Counted from the stretch's first letter, positions 19,014-28,764 are shown. The stretch: 64,000 nucleotides of DNA from an uncultured delta proteobacterium (GCA_903911145.1 CAIWCD010000002.1:1-64000), one strand, 5' to 3'. The notes: generated from the letters alone by a model not told the origin. Program-made: numbers and translations.

Positions 19014-19625
19014 TCAGCGCGAAGGCGCGCCCAGCTTGGCGAACGCTTCGAGCGTCTTCTCGCCAACGCGCTGATCCCACGCACCGAGGGTCATCGCTGG
19101 CCTCTTGTCCTCGCGATACTTCGTGCTGGTCATCACAACGTCCGCCACCAGCGTCCGCGTCTGGCCGTCGGGAAGCTCGACATCGAATGCGAGCCGCGCG
19201 CCGTCGAGGCTGGGCCCGCGCAGCCCCGCGCAGGTGCTCCGATAGAAATCGAGCATCGCGCCCATGTCGCGATTGTCGAGGTCGAACAGCTGCCCCTCGA
19301 GCGCGACGCGGCGGAACGAGCGCATCCCCAGCGCCGCATCGAGCTGGGCGATCTGGTGGATGCGCCGCAGAGCGAGTTCGGTGAGCGCTTCGCTCGCTTC
19401 GGCTCCTTTCCAGAGTGCCGGATGGATGAAGACCCGGCAGCGCAATCCGATGCGCTGCGCCTGCTCGGACGCATCGCTGTACTCGACGACTTTCGACGAC
19501 AACGGCCTGGGCGTCTCCAGTTTCTGCCCGGTCGCAAGCACGTCTTTCAACGCCTCGGTGTAGCGCTGCCCGGTCTCGTCCTGGCGCGCGCGAACGCGCT
19601 TCTTCAGATCCTTCTTCTTGGTCAT
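19014..19625 (-). CDS. Hypothetical protein with a basic N-terminal helical motif
   Basis: GGAGTGAGG RBS; starts MTKKKDLKKRVRARQDETGQRYTEAL; 203 aa. Confidence 0.8.
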   Translation of the reverse strand: MTKKKDLKKRVRARQDETGQRYTEALKDVLATGQKLETPRPLSSKVVEYSDASEQAQRIGLRCRVFIHPALWKGAEASEALTELALRRIHQIAQLDAALGMRSFRRVALEGQLFDLDNRDMGAMLDFYRSTCAGLRGPSLDGARLAFDVELPDGQTRTLVADVVMTSTKYREDKRPAMTLGAWDQRVGEKTLEAFAKLGAPSR

Positions 19626-19800
19626 GGCCTCACTCCGCAGATCGGCTCGCTTGTGGTCCCATGCACCGCGAGCCGCGACGAAGGTGGCTTGTGCGGCAAA
19701 AGCGACTTCTCGTGCCCGAGGAGAGGACTCCCCTTCGCCCTCGTGTTGAGCCGGGCATGGGCCGGCCTGGGGAGGGCTGCGCGTGAGCGACGCGTGAGGG
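19626..19800 (-). ncRNA. Putative structured cis-regulatory leader RNA with a kissing-loop interaction
   Basis: Two hairpins with complementary loops CCCAUGC and GCAUGGG; the 5' end pairs with the SD region; promoter immediately upstream. Confidence 0.65.
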
Positions 19801-19801
19801 A

Positions 19802-19831
19802 ACGATACGAGGCGTTCGCGACGGACGTCAA
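19802..19831 (-). promoter_or_regulatory. Sigma70-like promoter of the leader RNA and its gene
   Basis: TTGACG-18bp-TATCGT, just downstream of the upstream gene's terminator. Confidence 0.6.
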
Positions 19832-19845
19832 CGAGGCGTCGCGCG

Positions 19846-19883
19846 CAACGAAAAGGCCCGCCTCGATCGCTCGAGACGGGCCT
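19846..19883 (-). terminator. Rho-independent terminator of the Ig-repeat lipoprotein gene
   Basis: AGGCCCGTCTCGA-GCGA-TCGAGGCGGGCCT followed by TTTCGTTG. Confidence 0.8.
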
Positions 19884-19919
19884 CTCCTTCATTCAGCGAA
19901 GCGGCGCTGTCGTTGTGGC

Positions 19920-22574
19920 TCAGGGCCCCAGGGTGCTGAACGAGCTCTGCCTCGTCGACTGCTCGAGTTGGCCCACCTGCACCGAGACCTGCAGCCAGTA
20001 CGTCGTGCCGCTCGCGAGGGCCGAGCCCTGGCCATCCGAGTTGTAGCCGAGGCTGGTGGTGCCGCTGGGGATGTCCTTGATGTACCACTGCGTGTTGCCG
20101 TTCGAGTCGTTGACCTGCAGTTGGTAGGTGTACGAGCTCGGGGCCGGGCTGGGAGCGGTCCAGCTGATGGTCGGGATCGCCGTGTTGATCACTTCGCCGT
20201 TGGCAGGTGAGACGCCGGTCACGAGCGCGACCGCCGCAGGCAGCGGGGCCGACAAGATGGTGCTCGTGCCATCAGCGAAGCCGACCTCGAAGTCGTAGGT
20301 CGTACCGGTGATCGGCGTCCCGGCGAGCCGCAGCTGCGTCTGCCACGTCGCCTGTCCGCTGCCTCCATTGCCTCCGTTGTTGAGGCTGAGGCCAACGTCG
20401 GTCGGGACCACGCCGTCGCCCGAGAGGAGCTCGACGGTATTGATCATCTTGGTTCCCTCGACGACGACGGCCCCGTAGTTGACGTTGGAGTTGAAGTTAC
20501 CGTTGCCGTCGTAGCTGCCGTAGTTGTTGACGGCCATCTCGAGCATCGCAACCGACTGGCCGCCGAGCGACAGATCAACGCCGGTGACGGCAGCGCCCGA
20601 GACAGTGAACTGGGGCCCGGTACTCGAGTTGAGGTCATTCGGAAGGTTCGGGTTGAGGTAGCCGAGGTCATCGGGATCATCGAACGCGACGAGCTGGTAG
20701 GTCCCGTCCGGAACTCCGGTGAGCGAGTAGGCCTGCGCGGTGGTGGTCTGCTCGGTGTGCGCGAACGCGACCGGACCGCCTCCGCCGCTGATCGCCACGA
20801 CGTAGAGCGAGCCCGTGTTGGCGAAGCTCGAATCGGTGATGGTGCCGGAAACGGTGTGGCCGGTCGTCGCTGCATTGATCGTGACCGGGCCGAGATCGGC
20901 CGAGAAGTCTCCATCCACGCCGTTGAGGACGCCGCGATAACGGAAGCAGTAGCCGGTGCCGTTGGTCAGCGCGTTGGCGCCACCGAACATTCCGATGTTC
21001 ATCAGCCACGAGGGAGAGGTGATGAAGACCGCGCCGTTCTCGCTCGCGCTCGAGCAGTCGGTCGCCTGCGCCGCGACCGGACGCGCCTCGATGACGTAGT
21101 GATCGACGATGATGCCGCTCTGGTTGGAGAGGCCATTCCAACCGACCAGAGCCGAGCTGTCCGCAGGCATGACGAAGTTCATCGGTTGGCTCGGCGTCGG
21201 AACCGCGGGCACGATCGGATCGACAAGCGTGACATTGAAGTTCCTGACGCTCCCGAGCGTCGAGTAGCTGCCGCCGTCCGTCCCGATCGGATCCACAGCG
21301 GCCAGGGGAATAACCGTCTCGCCGGTCGTCTCCATCCACGCAGTCAGCTCGAGCAGCGAGCCGTTGTTCGGGTAGGCGGTGACTCCGCGCAGCGTGTAGC
21401 TGCCGGTGCCGCCGTCGAGAGCGAGGCTGGTGCCGCCAACGATGCTGCCGCCGCCGCAGTTGCTGCACGTCTCCAGCAACGAGACGTAGACCCGTCCGGA
21501 CTTCGAGCCCGCGTACGTGATCGTTCCGGAGACGGAGATCGAGACGGTGATCTCGACGCCGGCGGTGGCCGTCCCATCCGCCACGCTCGTCGCAACGAGG
21601 TGATAGACGCCGCTGTGGTTGGGCGCGGTGAACAGGCCTGACGCGTCGACCGAGGCGCCCTCGCCGGTCTCAAGCACCGACCAGGTCACCGCGTGATTCG
21701 TGGCGCCCGTCACGGTCGCCGAGAACTGGTGCGTCGCGCCCGGATCCATCGCGTAGCTCGCCGGCGAGATGCTCACGACGACGGGTACCGTCACCGCCGC
21801 AGTCGCGAACCGCCGGGGATCGGCGGCGCTCGTCGCGACGACGTGAAAGAGTCCAGCGAGGGGAGGAGCGACGTACGCGCCCGACGAACTGACCGAACCG
21901 CCCGTGAGCTCGGTCACCGTCCAGACCACCGAGGCGTTCGTGGTGCCAACGACCGAGGCAGTGAACTGCTGCGTGCCGAGCGCCGGGAGCGCGACGGACG
22001 TGGGGTCGATGGTGATCGAGACGAGGTCGACGACCACCGCCACCGTCGCGCTCTGCGTAGGATCGGCCACGCTGGTCGCAACGACATGATACGTGCCGCC
22101 CGTCGCAGGCGCGGTGTAGACGCCCGCGCTGGTCACGCTTCCCCCACTGGTCTCTGTGACCGACCAGGTGACGGCGGTGTTGCTCGACCCGGTCACGGTC
22201 GCGGTGAACGACTGCGTTGCGCCAGTGATCAGCGTCGCGGTCGTCGGAGCGATCGTGACGGTGACATCGAGAGTCACTGTGACCACGGCGGTCGCGCTCT
22301 TCGTCGCATCGGCCACGCTGGTCGCGACGACATGGAATGTGCCCGCGGTTGAAGGCGCGGTGTAGCTGCCGGTGCCATCGATCGCACCGCCCGCAGCCTC
22401 GGTCACACTCCACACCACGGCTGTGTTCGTCGCTCCAGTCACGGTCGCCGCGAAGGCCTGGACCTGACCGGGGTGAAGAGCCGCCGTCGTCGGGTTGATG
22501 GCGACGGAGATGGTAGCGGGAGTGGTGCTGCACGCAACGCAGGCGAATGCTGCGGCGAGAAGAAGACGGCGCAT
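19920..22574 (-). CDS. Surface lipoprotein with four Ig-like repeats and FN3/beta-sandwich domains
   Basis: Lipobox signal MRRLLLAAAFACVAC; ~82-aa repeats F.A.V.G..N..V.W.V.E...G.Y.AP...G.(F/Y)H.VATS; AAGGAG RBS. Confidence 0.85.
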   Translation of the reverse strand: MRRLLLAAAFACVACSTTPATISVAINPTTAALHPGQVQAFAATVTGATNTAVVWSVTEAAGGAIDGTGSYTAPSTAGTFHVVATSVADATKSATAVVTVTLDVTVTIAPTTATLITGATQSFTATVTGSSNTAVTWSVTETSGGSVTSAGVYTAPATGGTYHVVATSVADPTQSATVAVVVDLVSITIDPTSVALPALGTQQFTASVVGTTNASVVWTVTELTGGSVSSSGAYVAPPLAGLFHVVATSAADPRRFATAAVTVPVVVSISPASYAMDPGATHQFSATVTGATNHAVTWSVLETGEGASVDASGLFTAPNHSGVYHLVATSVADGTATAGVEITVSISVSGTITYAGSKSGRVYVSLLETCSNCGGGSIVGGTSLALDGGTGSYTLRGVTAYPNNGSLLELTAWMETTGETVIPLAAVDPIGTDGGSYSTLGSVRNFNVTLVDPIVPAVPTPSQPMNFVMPADSSALVGWNGLSNQSGIIVDHYVIEARPVAAQATDCSSASENGAVFITSPSWLMNIGMFGGANALTNGTGYCFRYRGVLNGVDGDFSADLGPVTINAATTGHTVSGTITDSSFANTGSLYVVAISGGGGPVAFAHTEQTTTAQAYSLTGVPDGTYQLVAFDDPDDLGYLNPNLPNDLNSSTGPQFTVSGAAVTGVDLSLGGQSVAMLEMAVNNYGSYDGNGNFNSNVNYGAVVVEGTKMINTVELLSGDGVVPTDVGLSLNNGGNGGSGQATWQTQLRLAGTPITGTTYDFEVGFADGTSTILSAPLPAAVALVTGVSPANGEVINTAIPTISWTAPSPAPSSYTYQLQVNDSNGNTQWYIKDIPSGTTSLGYNSDGQGSALASGTTYWLQVSVQVGQLEQSTRQSSFSTLGP

Positions 22575-22693
22575 CGAGACTGCTCCTTGTGAAGAGTGAA
22601 GCGACGGATCGGGGACCCGTTCAGCGAACGCACCGTAGAGCAAACCGCGCTGCAGAAGGGTGGAAGGCAACATCGAAATGAATCGGCGGGTAC

Positions 22694-22785
22694 GTCTCGC
22701 TTTGAGACCGATCGGTCCAAAACGAGTCGGTCTCATCGTCCGCGCCTCTGTTCCTCGAGCGGGGAGGCGATGGCACGCGAGCTGC
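22694..22785 (+). promoter_or_regulatory. Sigma54 promoter and putative enhancer sites of radC
   Basis: TGGCACGCGAGCTGC (22771-22785, GG-N10-GC). Upstream GTCTCGCTTTGAGAC (22694-22708) and GGTCCAAAACGAGTC (22714-22728). Confidence 0.6.
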
Positions 22786-22799
22786 TCTGTGCTCTGCGC

Positions 22800-23486
22800 A
22801 TGCAAGGACGCGAACGGATCTTGTCGGAAGGCGCGGGCATGCTCTCCGAAGAGGAGCTGCTCTCGGTGCTCGTCGGCAGCGGCACGCGCGAGCATCCGGT
22901 CGGAGAGGTGGCCGCGCGCCTGATGCGCCGTGGTCTCGTCGGTTTGCGTCGCGCCGGCTACGCGTCGCTCGTTGAAACGCCGGGCGTGGGCGAGGCGCAG
23001 GCCTGCCGCGTGCTGGCCGCTCTCGAGTTGGGACGACGCGCTGTCTCGGTCGCGCCAGGCGAGCCGCGGCGTCTCTGGAATGCGGGCGAGGTCGCGCGGC
23101 GTCTCTTTCCGCGTCTCGCATTTCTCTCGCGCGAGGAGTTCTGGGTGCTTCTGCTCAATGCGCGTCTCGAGGAGATGCGTGCGGTGCGCATCAGCCTCGG
23201 TGGACTCACGCACTGCTCGGTGCTCCCGCGCGAGGCGCTCGCGCCCGCGCTCATTCACTCAGCTCCCGTCGTGATCTTCGCGCACAACCATCCCTCCGGA
23301 GATCCCGCGCCGTCAGGGGAAGACCAGCGCCTGCAGATGCTGCTCGACGAGTCGGCGCGGATGCTCGGAATTCGCGTGGCCGATCACGTCGTGCTCGCGG
23401 AGCGCGGCATGCACAGCCTGCGCGAGGGCCTCTTGCCACCGCCCGAACGCAACAACGACCACGAGGATGAAGATGACTGCTGGTGA
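22800..23486 (+). CDS. radC: RadC/JAB domain protein (alternative in-frame start at 22770)
   Basis: RERIL..GA..LS.EELL, HhH GVGEAQA, EEFWVLLLN, HNHPSGDPAPSGED, DHVVL. Confidence 0.92.
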   Translation: MQGRERILSEGAGMLSEEELLSVLVGSGTREHPVGEVAARLMRRGLVGLRRAGYASLVETPGVGEAQACRVLAALELGRRAVSVAPGEPRRLWNAGEVARRLFPRLAFLSREEFWVLLLNARLEEMRAVRISLGGLTHCSVLPREALAPALIHSAPVVIFAHNHPSGDPAPSGEDQRLQMLLDESARMLGIRVADHVVLAERGMHSLREGLLPPPERNNDHEDEDDCW

Positions 23487-25908
23487 TCGAGTCGCGGATC
23501 TCGATGAGGTAGAGATGCCGGCGATGCCTCCGCCTCCGCCATCCGCGCCGCCTGTCCCAATGGCGCCCGCCGATCTGAACGCCGCGCTCCTGCGCCACTT
23601 CGGCCACGATCGCTTCCGGCCCGGACAGGAAGCGATTGTGCGCTCGGTCTTGAGCGGCCAGCCGACCATCGCGATCCTCCCAACAGGCGGAGGCAAGAGT
23701 CTCTGCTACCAGCTGCCCGCGCTGCTCCTGCCGGGCACGACTGTCGTCGCGTCGCCGCTGGTGGCGCTGATGAAGGATCAGGTCGACCAACTCAACGCGC
23801 GCGGTGTCGCTGCGACGTTCATCAACAGCTCGATCGGCGAGAGCGAACGGCAGGAGAGGCAAGCGAAGCTGCGCCGTGGCGAGTGGAAGATCGTCTACGT
23901 CGCGCCAGAGCGATTCCGCTCGTCGTCCTTTCTCTCGGCGCTTTCGCAGCAGCGAATTCCTCTGCTCGCCGTCGATGAGGCCCACTGCATCTCGTCGTGG
24001 GGTCACGACTTCCGTCCCGACTATGCGCGTCTGCAGGAGGCGCGCGCGGTCATCCAGGCCGAGCGCGTGCTGGCCTTGACCGCGACGGCGACGGCAGAGG
24101 TGCGCGCAGACATCGCGAAAGCGCTGGGGCTCGCGGACCCGCGCGTCTTCGTCGCCGGATTCGATCGACCGAATCTCTTCCTCGAATCGGTCCGCGCGAG
24201 TGGAGACAACGACAAGCTCGCGCGACTGGCCGCGCTTGCCCGAACCGGCGGACCGGGGCTCGTCTATGCAGCGACGCGGCGCAACGTCGAGAAGATCGTC
24301 GCGGCGCTGCGGGCACGCGGCCTCGATGCGATCGGCTACCACGCAGGCATGAACGACGACGCTCGCTCGGCCGCACAGGATCGCTTCCTGCGCGACGGCT
24401 GCGATGTGATCGTCGCGACCAACGCGTTCGGAATGGGCGTCGACAAGCCGAACATCCGCTACGTCGTCCACTTCGATGTCCCGCGCACAGTGGAGGCCTG
24501 GTACCAGGAGATCGGACGCGCGGGCCGAGATGGGAACGAGAGCACAGCGCTGCTCCTCTTCAACTTCGCTGACGTGATGCTCCAGCGGCGGCTCATCGAT
24601 GGTGCGCGCGCATCAGAAGACGTTGTCCGCGCAGCACTCGCTGGAGCGCGGAGACTGCGCTCGGGCTCCATTGACGCGCTTGCCCGCACGACCGGACTTT
24701 CGCCGCAGGAGCTGCAACCCGCGTTGCGCGTGCTCGAGAGCGCGGGCCTTCTCGAGCGCGGATTTGCGAGAGGAGATGGCGCCGAGTTCTCCGTCGCGAA
24801 CAACAACGGCCCAGACTCCGACGATCTCGGGATCGACTTCGCGATGCTCGAGAAGCGCGTGATGCGCGAGCGGCGGATGCTCGATCGAATGGTGCGCCTC
24901 GTCGACTCGAACGGCTGCCGTCGCCACGAACTGCTGCGCTACTTCGGAGATCCGGAGGCGCCGGCGAAGTGCACTGCTTGCGACAACTGCGTCGGCCCTC
25001 GCGCACCTGCGCCCAATGCGAGCGACACGCGCGATCGCACCTCGGGAAAGAGCCGCACGCGGAGAGACGAGAGTGGCAGCGAGTCAACGTCGCGCAGCAA
25101 GCGGAGCGCCGATCGCGCAGCCGCTCCCGAAAACGAAGAGCCGGTCGATGCCGAGCTGTTCGCCGCGCTGCGCGCTCTGCGCACCGAGCTTGCCCGCGCA
25201 GCCGAGACGCCGCCGTACGTGATCTTCCACGACGCCACTCTGCGCGCCCTCTGCCGCGAACGTCCGCTCACGAAGGAGTCGTTCCTCGCAGTCAAAGGCG
25301 CAGGTCCGGCGCGCTGGGAGCGCTACGGAGAGAAGGTGCTCGACGTGATTCGTCGCGCATCGCCTGCACCATCGGGCAATCCGCTCGTCGCAACGCCAGC
25401 CTCGCGCCCACCCGCACCGGCTCCGCCGATCCGACGTGAAGCCGGATCGCCGCACTCGCAGTCACGCCTGGAGCCTCGACGCGAAAGCTCCGCGCAAGGG
25501 GCGCCTCGAACTGCTCCTCCACGCGCCAGTGAAGCGATGCCCGGCTGGCTCGCTGCGGTACCTGCGTTCAGCGCGGACGGATACGACGGGCGAACAGCGG
25601 GAGGTGGCGATGAGCATCTCGCCGTGCGCGGAACTCCGCTCTCCGCGCGGCTTCTGACGCTCTCGCAAAGCGGGCGCACACTGGCAGAGATTGCCGACCA
25701 GCTCTCGACAGAGCCTGCCGAGATTGCATCGGAGCTGGCCGCGATCGCCTCTCGCGGAACAGCGCTCGACATCGCGAAGCTCCTCGGCGCCGAGCGCTAT
25801 GCAGCCATCCGCGCATCTTCGGCGGGCGCAGACGGCGATCTCGTCGCCATCCGCCGCCGACTGAACTTCCCGGCGACGATCGGAGAGATCCGCCTCGCCT
25901 TGATGTGA
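23473..25908 (+). CDS. recQ: RecQ family ATP-dependent DNA helicase with HRDC domain
   Basis: PTGGGKSLCYQ, VDEAHCISSWGHDFRP, QEIGRAGRDG, CRR...YFG...CDNC, PPYVIFHDATL. Confidence 0.95.
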   Translation: MTAGDRVADLDEVEMPAMPPPPPSAPPVPMAPADLNAALLRHFGHDRFRPGQEAIVRSVLSGQPTIAILPTGGGKSLCYQLPALLLPGTTVVASPLVALMKDQVDQLNARGVAATFINSSIGESERQERQAKLRRGEWKIVYVAPERFRSSSFLSALSQQRIPLLAVDEAHCISSWGHDFRPDYARLQEARAVIQAERVLALTATATAEVRADIAKALGLADPRVFVAGFDRPNLFLESVRASGDNDKLARLAALARTGGPGLVYAATRRNVEKIVAALRARGLDAIGYHAGMNDDARSAAQDRFLRDGCDVIVATNAFGMGVDKPNIRYVVHFDVPRTVEAWYQEIGRAGRDGNESTALLLFNFADVMLQRRLIDGARASEDVVRAALAGARRLRSGSIDALARTTGLSPQELQPALRVLESAGLLERGFARGDGAEFSVANNNGPDSDDLGIDFAMLEKRVMRERRMLDRMVRLVDSNGCRRHELLRYFGDPEAPAKCTACDNCVGPRAPAPNASDTRDRTSGKSRTRRDESGSESTSRSKRSADRAAAPENEEPVDAELFAALRALRTELARAAETPPYVIFHDATLRALCRERPLTKESFLAVKGAGPARWERYGEKVLDVIRRASPAPSGNPLVATPASRPPAPAPPIRREAGSPHSQSRLEPRRESSAQGAPRTAPPRASEAMPGWLAAVPAFSADGYDGRTAGGGDEHLAVRGTPLSARLLTLSQSGRTLAEIADQLSTEPAEIASELAAIASRGTALDIAKLLGAERYAAIRASSAGADGDLVAIRRRLNFPATIGEIRLALM

Positions 25909-25923
25909 GTTCTTTCTCGAGAC

Positions 25924-26415
25924 CTAGAACGGGATGTCGTCGTCCCCGCCGCCCTTGGCTCCGCCACCTTGGCCGCCGCTCGGGCCGCTGCCGTGGTCGT
26001 CCATTCCCGGAGGAGGCGGACCGAAGTCGTCTGCGCCGCCGCCCTTGCCGCGACCCTGCCCTTGTCCCGCTCCGCGCTCACCACCCGCGAGGAAGAGAAC
26101 CTGGCCGGCGACGATCTCGGTCGTGTACTGCTTGACGCCTTCCTTGTTGTTCCATTCGCGCGTCTGGATCTTGCCCTCGATGTAGACCTGCCGGCCCTTG
26201 GTCAGGTACTCGCCGCACAGCTCGGCGGTCTTGCCCCAGGCGACGATGCGGTGCCACTCGGTGCGCTCCTGCTTGGCGCCCGACTTGTCGGTCCAGGCCT
26301 CGTTGGTCGCGATGGTGAAGTTGGCGACCGCCTGCCCGCCGGGCGTGTAGCGAACCTCCGGATCCTTGCCGAGGTTGCCGATCAGCATCACCTTGTTGAG
26401 CCCGCTGCCTGCCAT
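25924..26415 (-). CDS. ssb: Single-stranded DNA-binding protein
   Basis: [22 protein letters not shown]-terminal DDDIPF. Confidence 0.97.
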   Translation of the reverse strand: MAGSGLNKVMLIGNLGKDPEVRYTPGGQAVANFTIATNEAWTDKSGAKQERTEWHRIVAWGKTAELCGEYLTKGRQVYIEGKIQTREWNNKEGVKQYTTEIVAGQVLFLAGGERGAGQGQGRGKGGGADDFGPPPPGMDDHGSGPSGGQGGGAKGGGDDDIPF

Positions 26416-26541
26416 GCGTTCCGCCTTGTCGAAAGGGACGCGCAAGCTAGCACAGGGCTCCGACACGGCAAGCGCGACAGGAGTGGAAGCGGTTCGCGGA
26501 GCCGCTCTGGGTGCGGACCGCGGCTCATTTTGTCTGCTGCG

Positions 26542-28764
26542 CTATCCGCCCGAACCGGTCGCCGGGCTCTCGGTTTCTGCACTCTCGAGGAACGACAGCC
26601 GAGAGCCACGATTTTCGATCAGCTGGACCCAGTGGCGTGCTTCGGAAGCGTCGCTGCCCATTCCCGCAGCGAGCACGAGCAGGTCCTGCGCGAACGCGGA
26701 GTCGTCCATCTCGACGCTGCCGGCTGCGAATCCCGCGCCGATCAGCTCGGCCGCGGCGCGAGATTGCTCGAGCGGAGCGAGCTTGAGAGCAGCGAGCGTC
26801 TCGTCGGGCGAGGCATCGGCGACGTCAGCCAGACCGTCGGCGAGTGCGCGCGCGAGACCACCGCGGGCCGATGTGCAGAGCGCGAGCAGCCGCGCGAACG
26901 CATCGGCGTTTCCCTCGGCGGCGAGATCGAGCAGCGAAGGAATGACCGGCATCGCCAGCTGCGTTGCTCGCGTCGCCCGGCGCAGGCGGGACAGGAGCTC
27001 ACCGCCCGGCGGAAGCGCGTCGAGCAGCGGCCCCGTTCCACTCTCGGCATCGATGCGGAAGAGCGCGTCCGCGGCCATCAGGCGCACCATCGGGTCCCGC
27101 TCGGTGCGCACGGCCGAACGCAGCTGCACCAGGTTCTTCTTGTCGTGCGTAAACGCCATCTGCGCGTAGTTCGCCACGCGCGCCTTCTGCTCGTCGGGCG
27201 GAAGCTCAAGCGCCGTCGAGAGCGCGAGACGGGCCGCGCGATCGGCGGGCCGCTCACCCACCGACGAGAGCAGCGCGCCGACCTTGTCGACACCGGCGAT
27301 CATCGGCGCAAGCTTGCCGGGCCAGTCGTTGGCGATGAGCGAGAAGACGAACGACTCTCCCGAGAGCGTCTGCAGAAAACCCGAGAGCGCGATGGCCTTC
27401 TCCAGCGTGCCCGTCTTGGCGCGCAGACGACCCGCCGCCTCGGTGCCATCCATGCGCAGCCGCAGCGTCCCGTCGCGCCCCGCCACGGGAAGAGACGCCA
27501 CGAACTCCGCCGCGATCGGGAAGCGGCCATAGACGGTCGAGAGCAGCGAGACGAGCTGGTGCGCCGAGAAGCGATTCGAGTCGTTGAGGCCGGAGCCGTT
27601 CTTCAGCTGGTAGCTCCCGCGTGTGAGGCCCAACTCGGCGAGCGCGTCCTGCGTCGCGGTCGAGCCCTTGGCCCACGTCCCCGGCGCGCCCTGCAGCTCG
27701 GCACCGAGCGCCTTGAAGAGCATCTCGGCCATGAAGTTGCTCGAGACCTTGTTCATCTCGCGCACGAGCTCGCCGAGCGACGCGCCATCGTAGGAGCCGA
27801 CGAGCTTCGCGTCGGGCGCCACCGTCCCGCGCTTGACCACACCCGTGACGTGAACGCCGTGCGCGAGCAGCAGCGCCTTGAGCGTCGCGCCGAAATAGAA
27901 GGTCGGATCGGTCACGCGCCGATAGAGGACCATTGCGTCGGAGCCCACGCCGATGCGGCCCGACACGGTCACGCGCGTCTTCTCGCCCGCAGCGATGGTG
28001 TGCGGCACCACCCGCTTGCGCTGGTTGGCGCGCACGGTCTGCACCTTGTTGACCAGCTCGAACGCACCGTGCGCGTCGGGGTCGAGCTGGACGATCGCCT
28101 TCTGGCCCGCCTTCTCCGCCGGCCGCACATAGATGCCGACTGAATTGTGATTCAGCGAGAGCGCACCCACGGGAGCTGCATACGACTTGTCTGACGTCTC
28201 CGTTTCCCAGCCGGGACCCCACGCCTCGTGATCGAACTGCGTGTCGTCGAGGACGAGATCGCCGATCTGCACAAGCCCGCGGTGCGCGAGATCGCGCGCG
28301 AAGGCCTCGAGCCGCTCGGTGGTGATCCCCGGATCGCCTCGGCCCTTCACGTAGAGCGTCTTGGCGTGGCCGTGCGCGTAGGTGTGATCGGCGAGGATGT
28401 CGGTGGTGAAGCGGTACTCGGGCCCGAAGCGCAGGAAAGCCGCCGCGGCCGTGGCCACCTTGGTGTTCGAGGCGGGGTTGAGCAGGTCGTTTTCGTTGCG
28501 CGCGTAGACGAGCTCGTTGTTCGCGAGTGACCGGACCTCGAGAGAGACGTGTCCGGTCGAGAGCGGCGGCGACGCGAGGAGCGCATCGAGCTGCTTGACG
28601 AGGGCCGCGCGATCGGCAGGCGCCTCGGGGAGCGACGCGCTGCTCGGTTGCATCCGGGCCGCGCCTGGCGTGCCCGCGCGCGCTTCGCGTGCCACGAGGA
28701 CCGGCTGCGTGCAGAGGGCGAGACCAGCGAGGATAGCTATGCGGCGGCGGCGAAGGAGTGACAC
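26542..28764 (-). CDS. dacB: D-alanyl-D-alanine carboxypeptidase/endopeptidase (PBP4, S13) with a helical C-terminal extension; start uncertain
   Basis: PASNTK (SxxK), SSNFMAE (SxN), AKTGTL (KTG). Confidence 0.9.
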   Translation of the reverse strand: MSLLRRRRIAILAGLALCTQPVLVAREARAGTPGAARMQPSSASLPEAPADRAALVKQLDALLASPPLSTGHVSLEVRSLANNELVYARNENDLLNPASNTKVATAAAAFLRFGPEYRFTTDILADHTYAHGHAKTLYVKGRGDPGITTERLEAFARDLAHRGLVQIGDLVLDDTQFDHEAWGPGWETETSDKSYAAPVGALSLNHNSVGIYVRPAEKAGQKAIVQLDPDAHGAFELVNKVQTVRANQRKRVVPHTIAAGEKTRVTVSGRIGVGSDAMVLYRRVTDPTFYFGATLKALLLAHGVHVTGVVKRGTVAPDAKLVGSYDGASLGELVREMNKVSSNFMAEMLFKALGAELQGAPGTWAKGSTATQDALAELGLTRGSYQLKNGSGLNDSNRFSAHQLVSLLSTVYGRFPIAAEFVASLPVAGRDGTLRLRMDGTEAAGRLRAKTGTLEKAIALSGFLQTLSGESFVFSLIANDWPGKLAPMIAGVDKVGALLSSVGERPADRAARLALSTALELPPDEQKARVANYAQMAFTHDKKNLVQLRSAVRTERDPMVRLMAADALFRIDAESGTGPLLDALPPGGELLSRLRRATRATQLAMPVIPSLLDLAAEGNADAFARLLALCTSARGGLARALADGLADVADASPDETLAALKLAPLEQSRAAAELIGAGFAAGSVEMDDSAFAQDLLVLAAGMGSDASEARHWVQLIENRGSRLSFLESAETESPATGSGG

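Noticed and set aside
19626..19892. N-terminal extension of the 19014 ORF given in the ORF track
   Set aside because: It spans a terminator, a promoter and the structured leader; the RBS supports ATG 19625.
22640..22656. Sigma54-like box for the Ig-repeat lipoprotein gene (TGCAGCGCGGTTTGC, minus strand)
   Set aside because: It lacks the near-invariant GG at -24.
22800..26415. radC and ssb as markers of a prophage or ICE
   Set aside because: RadC is full-length with an HhH motif, SSB has the host-type DDDIPF tail, and there are no integrase or transfer genes.
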